Assembly: GCA_032128375.1 (NCBI GenBank)
Contig: JAQBGU010000102.1
Location: 1-27,980, forward strand
Length of the DNA: 27,980 nt
Direction: 5' to 3'
Origin: Deltaproteobacteria bacterium
GTDB lineage: Bacteria; Myxococcota_A; UBA9160; SMWR01
The translations under genes and the position numbers were made by a program. This document shows positions 17,430 to 25,251 of the stretch, piece by piece (within the stretch, counting starts at the first letter, position 1; each line of letters opens with the position of its first letter). The notes under the pieces are model-generated. The model saw only the letters and a list, made by a program, of their open reading frames with translations, ran no database searches and had not been told where the DNA came from.

Positions 17430-18272
17430 TTGTACCGACTGCTCGCACTCGACATCGACGGAACCATTCTCGACGACAACGAGCAGGTTCCCAGCGACGT
17501 GAATGCCGCCGTGCGCGCCGTCCAGCAACGCGGCGTCGAGGTGGTGCTCGCCACGGGACGACGCTTTCGCACCATGAGCGAGGTCGCCAACCGGCTGGAA
17601 CTCGCCGGCGCGGCCATCTGTTACAACGGTGCGGTTACGAAGGAGCTGGGTAGCGGCGTCACTCACCACGCCCAATGCCTGCCCGAGGACGTCGTGCGCC
17701 GCTGTATCGCGCTGTTCCGCGAGTGGGGACCACCACTCGTGTATGCCGACAGCTTCGACGTCGCGGCGGAAATCGACATCATTACCGAGTCGGAACGAGA
17801 CGCACCCATACACAGCAACCAGCGAGATTACCTCGAAACGAATCGCTCGTGGTCGCACGAAGTCCCGAGCCTCGACGCCATCGATGTCTCGAACACGCTG
17901 ATGGTCGCGTTGGTGGGCGACCGCGCGTCTCTCACTGCGATCGCGAAGCGAACCGAGGAGCAATTGGGCGACGTCGCAATCGTCCGCTTCCTCGGAAACC
18001 CGACCCGTGATGCATCGTTCCTGGAAATCCTCCCGTCCGGGACCGACAAGTGGAACGCGCTCTTGCGACTCGCGAACGAAAAAGGCATCGGTGCGGAGCA
18101 GATCGTCGCCATCGGCGACGACACGAATGACACCGCGATGGTTGCAAACAGCGGCCTCGGTATCGCCATGGGAAACGCACACGAGTCGGTCAAGAGCGTC
18201 GCCAACGTCGTCACCGAGCGCAACAGCGAAGCGGGCGTCGCGCGTGCGATCGAGCGCTACTTGCTGGTGTAG
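17430..18272 (+). CDS. Cof-type HAD-IIB hydrolase (phosphatase)
   Basis: LALDIDGTIL, ATGR, CYNGA, DK and IGDDTND...AMGNA. The TTG start at 17430 is inferred. Confidence 0.92.
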   Translation: MYRLLALDIDGTILDDNEQVPSDVNAAVRAVQQRGVEVVLATGRRFRTMSEVANRLELAGAAICYNGAVTKELGSGVTHHAQCLPEDVVRRCIALFREWGPPLVYADSFDVAAEIDIITESERDAPIHSNQRDYLETNRSWSHEVPSLDAIDVSNTLMVALVGDRASLTAIAKRTEEQLGDVAIVRFLGNPTRDASFLEILPSGTDKWNALLRLANEKGIGAEQIVAIGDDTNDTAMVANSGLGIAMGNAHESVKSVANVVTERNSEAGVARAIERYLLV

Positions 18273-18447
18273 TACGTGTATCCCAGATCATGGACGGGGG
18301 CTGGCCGAGTTCCGAACTTTGGCCGAAAGGGTTCGAATGTCCCGTTTCGATCCTACCGCTGCTTCCGGAAGCAGGGTGCCAGTCGTCAACGCGAGGCGAC
18401 GAACCCCTCCGCGTGTGGGCTACGGTACCTTTGGGGAGGTCCGTACC

Positions 18448-18861
18448 ATGTCGTTAGCCGGCCGCTGTCTGTGTGGTGTCGTTCGATACGTGTTGGACGC
18501 CGAAGTTCGGGTACTCGTAAACTGCCACTGTCGGTTCTGCCGTCGCGCTCACGGCGCCGCGTTCGTCACGACATCGCCGGTCCCGAGCAGCGCGTTGCGA
18601 ATCGTCGCTGGAGAGGACCAGGTTGCAAACTACGAGGGGCGCTTCTTCTGCGCAAGGTGCGCGTCGCGCTTGTTCAATCGTGGAGACGCAATGCCCGACA
18701 CGACGGCGCTCGTGGTGACGAGCCTCGACGATGAGCCGGTCGCGGAGCCCTCGGCGCACTTCAACCTCGAGTCGAAAGCTCCGTGGTTCGAGATCCGCGA
18801 CGACGCACCTCGTTTCGACGCGTTCCCGCCCGCGGTCGCCGCGGCGCTCGAGGATCGTTGA
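18448..18861 (+). CDS. GFA / CENP-V family Zn-binding protein
   Basis: GRCLCGVVRY, CHCRFCRR and FCARCAS. GGAGG RBS. Confidence 0.92.
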   Translation: MSLAGRCLCGVVRYVLDAEVRVLVNCHCRFCRRAHGAAFVTTSPVPSSALRIVAGEDQVANYEGRFFCARCASRLFNRGDAMPDTTALVVTSLDDEPVAEPSAHFNLESKAPWFEIRDDAPRFDAFPPAVAAALEDR

Positions 18862-19029
18862 ACGCGTCAATCGTTGGATCGGGGCCTCCTTTACTCAGGC
18901 CATCGCGGACTCGAGCCTGCACTCGACACCGAGTCCCCCCCGAGCGGCGGCTGATCCGATCCGTATATGGAGGTTAGGAAACTCCCTGATTCTGAGATTG
19001 ATTGGATCTGCTGCCGGCGCCTTTTTTTC

Positions 19030-19737
19030 CTATGCGATCGGCTCGTCTCGGGCGACGAACAGCCAATCCGTGAGCTCTTCGTCGACGAGGTCGTTGATGA
19101 AGGTAACTGGCACAGTTTCGACGAAAGCAAACTCGGCGCGCAACGCCTCGGCGAAGGGCGAGCTTTCCGCGTACGACCACACTGCCAGGACCCCACCCGG
19201 TGCCAGGTGCAGCTTTGCGAGGGCCAACCCTGACTCGGTATAGAAGGAATCATTCGACGTGCCGAGCTGTTCTTGTGGCGAGTGATCGACATCGATGAGC
19301 ACGATATCCCAGCATACTTCGGCCGACGCGCGGAGCGTCGCGAAGACGTCTCCCTCGCGGACGCAGAACCGAGGCTCGGCGAGCAGCTCAGTCGACAACG
19401 GCACGAGCCCTTCGTGCAGGAAACCGATCACTTCGGGCAGAAGCTCGACTACCTCGACACGCGCCACGCGTGGCGACTGCAATGCCTGGCTCGCCGTATA
19501 CCCGAGGCCCAACCCGCCCACCAATACGCACAGGTCATGCCCCGTGTGGCGGGTGAGCGCCTCCTCGGCCAACGCGCGCTCGGAGGCCGTGTTGTAGCTG
19601 CTCATCAACAGTTCTTGATCGAGCGTGATCTCTGTGATCAACGTGCCGGGACTCGAGAGCAGTTCGCGACGTCGCAGGCACAGCTCGCCGAGGGGCGTAG
19701 TCAGATAGGCGAGGATCTTGAAGTTGGACGAGCTCAT
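19030..19737 (-). CDS. Spermidine-synthase-like SAM-dependent transferase
   Basis: LMSS...SERALA, VLVGGLGLGYT, VEVVE, DIVLIDVD and LAPGGVLAVWS. Confidence 0.85.
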   Translation of the reverse strand: MSSSNFKILAYLTTPLGELCLRRRELLSSPGTLITEITLDQELLMSSYNTASERALAEEALTRHTGHDLCVLVGGLGLGYTASQALQSPRVARVEVVELLPEVIGFLHEGLVPLSTELLAEPRFCVREGDVFATLRASAEVCWDIVLIDVDHSPQEQLGTSNDSFYTESGLALAKLHLAPGGVLAVWSYAESSPFAEALRAEFAFVETVPVTFINDLVDEELTDWLFVARDEPIA

Positions 19738-19752
19738 AGGCAATTGGAGGGC

Positions 19753-21180
19753 TCATCCGTGAGGTTCGAGAATTGACACATAGCGATCGCGGATCGCGCG
19801 GATCTCTTCATCCAGGCCTTCCACGGTCCAATCGGAGGTGTCGATCGGCGGTAAGACCAGCACTTCGATCGTTGCCGGCCGGACTACGAAAGCATCCTTC
19901 GGCAATGCGTCGAGGACGTTGCGGAACACCACGGGAACGATCGGCACCCCCGCCTGCATCGCCATGTGAAAAGCACCCTTCTTGAAGCGCCCCAGACGTG
20001 GCGTCACAGAGCGCGTGCCCTCCGGCGCGATCACCAATGACCGACCCTCACGCAGCGCGCTTACCGCCGGTTTCAAGGCCTCGATGGCCTGGGTGGTGTC
20101 CGTGCGGTCGATGAAGACCATGCCCGCCGCACCTAGCACCGGCCCGAAGATCGGGTTGCGTCGGATCTCTTTCTTGCCCACCGCCATCAAGTCGCGGCGC
20201 AGCAGTTTGATCATCAAGACGGCATCCAATGCGCTTTGGTGATTGAAGATGAAGACGGCCGGGCGGTGTGACCAAAGGTGTTTTTCGCCGTCGACGCGCA
20301 AATCGATCCCGGCCAACGAGGTCGCAAGCTCACCCCAAACCGAGCCTGCGACGTTGATGGCCTCTCTCATCGACCCATTCATCAAACCGGCGGCCGCGCC
20401 CGCCCAGAGTGACGGAGCGAGACTCGCATAGGTGAGCCCGGTGCGAACGAGGTCGCCCGCACTCGGACGACCGCGACTCGTGAAGCGGCGCACTGGCCAC
20501 TGACGTTCCTTCGCAATCTGGGCCAGTTGCCGGTTGGGGTTGATGGGACGCGGGCGGCCCACAACCTCGAGTAGTGGCAGATCCTCGTGGCTGTCGGTGT
20601 AGAAGTAGCTCTGCTCGACATCCAAGCTGTGTTCCGCGGCCAGCTTGCGTCCGGCCACGGCCTTGCCCTCGCCGTAGCAGGTGGGCCGAACCACGTTTCC
20701 GGTAAAGACACCGCCACTCACCTCGAGCTGTGTACACAGCACGTGCTCGATTCCCATGTCGCGCGCCAGCGGTTCGGCCTGGTAACGGGTGGCAGACGAA
20801 ATGATAGCAACCGTGTGTCCCATCTCCTGGTGGGCCTCGACCAACGCCCGCGATTCCGGATAGATCTGGGTGGCCAGGTGTTTTTCGAAGACCTCTTCAC
20901 CCACTTCCTCGAGCACTGATTCGGCGAGCCCCCGGTAGGCTGCCGTCGTGGTGGACATCAGCCCCGAAAAACCCGTACGCCCAACCGCGAATGAAAGCGT
21001 GCCCAGTAGCGCTTCGCCTATATCCCGCGGAGCCATGCGTCCCGAGAAGATCCGTTGTTGGAAGAAGGCCGTCGCCGAGAATCCGGCCAGCAGCGTCTGG
21101 TCGAGGTCGAAAAACGCTCCTAGCTTCGGGCCTTTGGGCCCTTTGAGGATTTCTTCGGTGAGGCGCTGGTGAAGTCTCAT
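19753..21180 (-). CDS. HAD-IB hydrolase / 1-acylglycerol-3-phosphate acyltransferase fusion (mycobacterial PlsC-type architecture)
   Basis: N-domain FFDLDQTL, ISSA, YTDSHEDLPLL. C-domain NHQSALD (HxxxxD), FIDR, APEGTRS, FKKGAF. Confidence 0.9.
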   Translation of the reverse strand: MRLHQRLTEEILKGPKGPKLGAFFDLDQTLLAGFSATAFFQQRIFSGRMAPRDIGEALLGTLSFAVGRTGFSGLMSTTTAAYRGLAESVLEEVGEEVFEKHLATQIYPESRALVEAHQEMGHTVAIISSATRYQAEPLARDMGIEHVLCTQLEVSGGVFTGNVVRPTCYGEGKAVAGRKLAAEHSLDVEQSYFYTDSHEDLPLLEVVGRPRPINPNRQLAQIAKERQWPVRRFTSRGRPSAGDLVRTGLTYASLAPSLWAGAAAGLMNGSMREAINVAGSVWGELATSLAGIDLRVDGEKHLWSHRPAVFIFNHQSALDAVLMIKLLRRDLMAVGKKEIRRNPIFGPVLGAAGMVFIDRTDTTQAIEALKPAVSALREGRSLVIAPEGTRSVTPRLGRFKKGAFHMAMQAGVPIVPVVFRNVLDALPKDAFVVRPATIEVLVLPPIDTSDWTVEGLDEEIRAIRDRYVSILEPHG

Positions 21181-21369
21181 TGTCACGATCCAGTATGAAC
21201 CCGGCAGGACCAGGTTCCAAGCCCGGCGTGTGAATTGATATCGAGTCGATCCAAGAGCAAGTTGGCTGGGGTTCCGATGAGATCGGCCGCGGTAGAAGCA
21301 GATCGTAGCCGCACCTAGACTGAGAACAGCCAAGCTCAGTCGACACCTAGCACAGTGCGAGAGGTAAAC

Positions 21370-22722
21370 ATGACGGTTCAGCTCCTCGAAGCGGACTACC
21401 TGGTCATTGGTGCGGGCGCGATGGGAATGGCCTTCGTCGACGAGATCCTGACGCAAAGTTCGACGGACCTGGTAATCCTGGTGGACAGACATGCCAAGAC
21501 TGGAGGGCACTGGAACGACGCGTATTCGTTCGTATCGCTCCACCAGCCTGCCGCGTTCTATGGTGTCAACTCCGAGAAGCTCGGCAGTGGAGGGGCTGCG
21601 CTCGCCTCGGGCTGCGAAGTCCTCGCCTACTACGAGCGCGTACTGGCCAAGCTTGTCGCGACTGGACGGCTGCGACACTTCCCCATGTGCGAGTCATCGG
21701 GAAACGGTCGATTCGTATCCCTCGTCGAAGCCGACCTCAAATACCAGGTGACGGTCCGCAAGAAAACAGTCGATGCCACCTACATGAACGTCCGGGTCCC
21801 CTCCACTACCGAGCCCGAGTATCCGGTCTCGTCTGAAATTACCCTCCGGCCCCCCAACGAGCTCCCGGCCGTTCGACGTCCGAGGTCTGGATACGTGATC
21901 ATCGGCGCCGGAAAAACCGGAATGGACGCTGTGCTGTTCCTACTGAATCAGGGTGTCGACCCCGATCACATCACCTGGATCATCAGCAATGACGCTTGGT
22001 TCCTCGACAGGGCCCAGATCCAACCCGGTCGCGTGTTCGACGAGGGTTTGGGAGGACAGTTTCAGAACATCGCGAGCGCCGGCACTCTGACAGAGCTGCT
22101 GTTGTCGCTCGAGGCCGATCAGCGCCTGCTGCGGCTGGACAAAGATGTTTGGCCTACCAAGTACCGCTGCGCGACCGTCAGCCTGGACGAGCTCGAGAAA
22201 TTGCGATCGATCGCAAACACGGTTCGCCTGGGGCGCGTCGTACGCATCGATTCCGACGCCATTATTCTGCAACACGGGAGCCTGCCGACGGGCTCGGAAG
22301 TGCTCCATGTGGACTGCACGGCCGACGGCCTGGCAAAGCGTGAGATTCGCCCCGTCTTCGATGGCGATACGATCACGCTGCAATCGCTATTCATGTGTCA
22401 ACAGGTATTCAGTGCCGCGGTGATTGGAAATATCGAGGCACGTGTCGACGGCGAGCAACGCAAGAACGCGCTGTGCCAGGTGGTGCCTCACCCCGAATTT
22501 TCTCGCGATTTCCCGTTAGCCCTGTCGGTCAGCATGAAAAACATGGAAAGCTGGGGCCGCGAGTTCGGGATGTGGCTTGGCCGGAGCCGGCTCTCCATGG
22601 CCTCTCATGATTCCACGTTCAAGCTCTTGTGGGGCGCGTTCAAAGCCCGAAAGGTCATGCCGGTAGCAGTCGAAAAGATGCGACTCATCATCGACCAGGA
22701 ATTCGGAATCGAAGCGGACTGA
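21370..22722 (+). CDS. FAD/NAD(P)-binding oxidoreductase, function unknown
   Basis: Two Rossmann motifs (VIGAGAMG and IIGAGKTG), plus GGHWNDAY. GAGG RBS before the ATG at 21370. Confidence 0.88.
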   Translation: MTVQLLEADYLVIGAGAMGMAFVDEILTQSSTDLVILVDRHAKTGGHWNDAYSFVSLHQPAAFYGVNSEKLGSGGAALASGCEVLAYYERVLAKLVATGRLRHFPMCESSGNGRFVSLVEADLKYQVTVRKKTVDATYMNVRVPSTTEPEYPVSSEITLRPPNELPAVRRPRSGYVIIGAGKTGMDAVLFLLNQGVDPDHITWIISNDAWFLDRAQIQPGRVFDEGLGGQFQNIASAGTLTELLLSLEADQRLLRLDKDVWPTKYRCATVSLDELEKLRSIANTVRLGRVVRIDSDAIILQHGSLPTGSEVLHVDCTADGLAKREIRPVFDGDTITLQSLFMCQQVFSAAVIGNIEARVDGEQRKNALCQVVPHPEFSRDFPLALSVSMKNMESWGREFGMWLGRSRLSMASHDSTFKLLWGAFKARKVMPVAVEKMRLIIDQEFGIEAD

Positions 22723-22726
22723 CTCT

Positions 22727-22786
22727 GGGATCTTGGATGGGATCTTAGATGGGAGATGAGATGGGAGATGAGATAGGAGCTGAGAT
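22727..22786. repeat. 5 x 12-bp graded tandem repeat between convergent stop codons
   Basis: GGGATCTTGGAT GGGATCTTAGAT GGGAGATGAGAT GGGAGATGAGAT AGGAGCTGAGAT. Confidence 0.88.
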
Positions 22787-22790
22787 TCGT

Positions 22791-23462
22791 CTAGCGGTTC
22801 GCCAGCAACCCCTGCAGGATGAGTTCGGAGATCGCGTCTGCGGTCTGCTTGGGCGAGGCCTCGGTGATCTCGCCGACACCCGGTCGCGCGAACTCACGGC
22901 CCAGGCCTGCGAGCACGTGAGCGACCGCTGCGGTGTCGACCGGCGCGATATGGCCTTCGGCGACAGCGCGGTCCAGGAGATTCTGCGTCACGGCCATCAA
23001 ATAGCCTTCGTGGGCGTCAAACAGCCGAGCGGCTCCTGCGACCTTCGCGAGCCCGGCCGACATGACCACTGCTTCCGGCTGTACCGCCTGATTGGCGGTC
23101 TGCAAGTACGCCCGCAGAGCATCGAGTGGAGGCAGCGACGCGTCGAGGGCTTCGATCGCCGCGCGACCGATGCGGTGCAGACGGCGATCGACCACCGTGA
23201 GCAACAGTTCATCCTTGCTCGGCGCGATGCCATATAGGGTTCGCATCGAGCAACCCACGAGCGCCGCGATTTCGGCCATCGTGAGATCCCCGAAACCTTC
23301 GCGCAGGAGTTGCTCCTCCAACTCATCGAGCAACTCGAGCTGCCGAGCGCTCAGTTGGCGCTCGGCGTGTGACGAGAGTAGGGGCTTCGGAGCCCGAACT
23401 CCGGGAAACCGGAGCCGCGCTCCGCGAGATTCACCGCTCGATCGGGTAGACGCCGAACTCAA
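22791..23462 (-). CDS. TetR/AcrR family transcriptional regulator
   Basis: EGFGDLTMAEIAALVGCSMRTLYGIAPSKDEL. A TTG start overlapping the AtuA stop (TTGA) is inferred. Confidence 0.88.
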   Translation of the reverse strand: MSSASTRSSGESRGARLRFPGVRAPKPLLSSHAERQLSARQLELLDELEEQLLREGFGDLTMAEIAALVGCSMRTLYGIAPSKDELLLTVVDRRLHRIGRAAIEALDASLPPLDALRAYLQTANQAVQPEAVVMSAGLAKVAGAARLFDAHEGYLMAVTQNLLDRAVAEGHIAPVDTAAVAHVLAGLGREFARPGVGEITEASPKQTADAISELILQGLLANR

Positions 23463-25216
23463 GGCAACAATGCCTGCGGCAATTCGACCATCCGCGCCCG
23501 CAGCCATTCGCCGAGGCTCTTCGCCTGACCATCCTGGCGCGTCGAAGCCGCTACACCCTCCTCGAGCAGGCCGTGCAGCACGAAGTTGACAGAACGGATC
23601 GCGGGCAGCGGATATCGATCGATCTTCAGGCTCGCCGCTTCCGGAAGCAGCTCGCGCAGTTTCTCGGTGGTGAGAAAGCTGTCCAACCAGGCCCACGCCT
23701 CGTCACTGCGCGTAAAGACACCGAGGTTCGCGTTGCCCCCCTTGTCGCCGGAGCGGGCTCCCGCGACGGTTCCCAGCGGCACCCGCTGGGTCGGGCCGCC
23801 AGGTGCAGTCGCTCTCGGCGCCGGGGCCGGCTCCACCGAGCTTTCGCCATCCGGAATGATCGACGAAACCCAGTGTGTCTCTCCTCCCAGCATGACCACT
23901 TCCTGAGGAACCGTCGCGGCCAGTATTCGCGCTGGTTCATACACACCGAAGGGTCGACCGCCACCGGGACCTCCACTCACGCTCGTGTAACCCGGGATCG
24001 AGGCGAGGGCCAGCTCGGTCATCGCGTTCGCGACGGCGCGTCCAACCTTCTGCTCGTCCGAATCCTTGAGCGTGATCTTGAAGAATGCGGTCGCCTCTTC
24101 GTTGGATTGCGGATCTTCTTTATCGGTGCGGACGATGCGGGTCTTCACCGAGGCGAAGTCCTTCGGCCCGTAGGGGCAGGCCGCCCAGAACGCCTCCTCG
24201 ACCAGCTTCGCCTTCGCTTCGATATCGAGGCCGGTCAAGCACACGTTCATGTCCTGCCGGAAACCGCCCGGGCGGTTGATGCAGACCTTGAGCGTCGCCG
24301 GCGGCGGTTCGCCCTGGATGCCGAACATACGCACCCGATCCTTTCCCACCTGCGCGAGCGAAATGGTGTCGAAGCGCGTCGTCACATCCGGCCCGAAGTA
24401 CTCAGGACCGCCGATCTCATACAGGAGCTGGGACGTGACCGTACCGATCGAGACCTCCCCACCGGTTCCGTCGTGCTTCCCGATTACCACGCTGCCATCT
24501 TCGGCGATCTCGGCCCACGGGAAACCGACTCGCGCCATACCCGAAACCTCGGTGAAGAACGAGTAATTGCCTCCCGTGGTCTGGGTTCCACACTCGATCA
24601 CGTGGCCCGCGGCCACGGCGCCCGCGAGCGCGTTCCAGTCGGTACGGCCCCAGCCGTGGTGCCATGCCGCCGGTCCACACACGACGGCGGCATCGGTGGT
24701 GCGGCCGGTGATCACGATATCGGCACCGCTGTCGAGGGCATCGACGATCCCCCAGCAACCGAGGTATGCGTTGGCAGTGAGAAAGGCCGACGAGTCCTTG
24801 ATCGGTTCGCCCGTTTCAAAATGGATGAGCTGGTCTTCGCCAATCAGTTCGTCAATACGCGGCAACAGGTCATCGCCACGCACATAAGCGATCTTCGGGT
24901 GCAGGCCGAGCCTCTGCGCCACCTCGGCGACGGCGTCAGCGCAGCTATCGGGGTCTAGACCTCCGGCGTTGCTTACGACCTTGATTCCCTTGTCGAGACA
25001 GGTCCCCATCACCTGCTCCATCTGCGTCACGAACGTGCGTGCGAAACCCGCGTTCGGCCGTTTGGCTCGGGTACGCGCGAGAATCCACATCGTGAGTTCA
25101 GCCAGCCAATCGCCTGTGAGGACATCGATTGGGCCACCTTCCACCATTTCCCGGGCGGCCGAGATGCGGTCTCCGAAAAAGCCGGAACAGTTTGCGATGC
25201 GGACCGGATCGGCCAT
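23459..25216 (-). CDS. Acyclic terpene utilization AtuA family protein (DUF1446)
   Basis: RIANCSGFFGDR, DWLAELTM, NAGG, ANAYLG, ITGRTTD, GHVIECG, QLLYEI, ARSGDKG and DGQAK. AAGGAG RBS. Confidence 0.93.
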   Translation of the reverse strand: MADPVRIANCSGFFGDRISAAREMVEGGPIDVLTGDWLAELTMWILARTRAKRPNAGFARTFVTQMEQVMGTCLDKGIKVVSNAGGLDPDSCADAVAEVAQRLGLHPKIAYVRGDDLLPRIDELIGEDQLIHFETGEPIKDSSAFLTANAYLGCWGIVDALDSGADIVITGRTTDAAVVCGPAAWHHGWGRTDWNALAGAVAAGHVIECGTQTTGGNYSFFTEVSGMARVGFPWAEIAEDGSVVIGKHDGTGGEVSIGTVTSQLLYEIGGPEYFGPDVTTRFDTISLAQVGKDRVRMFGIQGEPPPATLKVCINRPGGFRQDMNVCLTGLDIEAKAKLVEEAFWAACPYGPKDFASVKTRIVRTDKEDPQSNEEATAFFKITLKDSDEQKVGRAVANAMTELALASIPGYTSVSGGPGGGRPFGVYEPARILAATVPQEVVMLGGETHWVSSIIPDGESSVEPAPAPRATAPGGPTQRVPLGTVAGARSGDKGGNANLGVFTRSDEAWAWLDSFLTTEKLRELLPEAASLKIDRYPLPAIRSVNFVLHGLLEEGVAASTRQDGQAKSLGEWLRARMVELPQALLP

Positions 25217-25251
25217 GCTGACTCCTTTATCTACCCAATATTTCCCATTCC

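Noticed and set aside
18292..18350. tRNA remnant (GGCTGGCCGAGT...GGGTTCGAAT)
   Set aside because: It is too short, has no anticodon arm and the T-stem does not pair properly.
21181..21678. N-terminal 165 aa of the 641-aa ORF
   Set aside because: It overlaps the divergent flavoprotein gene in antisense. Recognisable HAD sequence begins near 21180.
23573..24958. Long antisense ORFs (also 13278-14492, 14889-16055, 25321-26415 and others)
   Set aside because: They are shadow ORFs opposite well-supported genes, expected from GC-rich codon bias, and carry no recognisable motifs.
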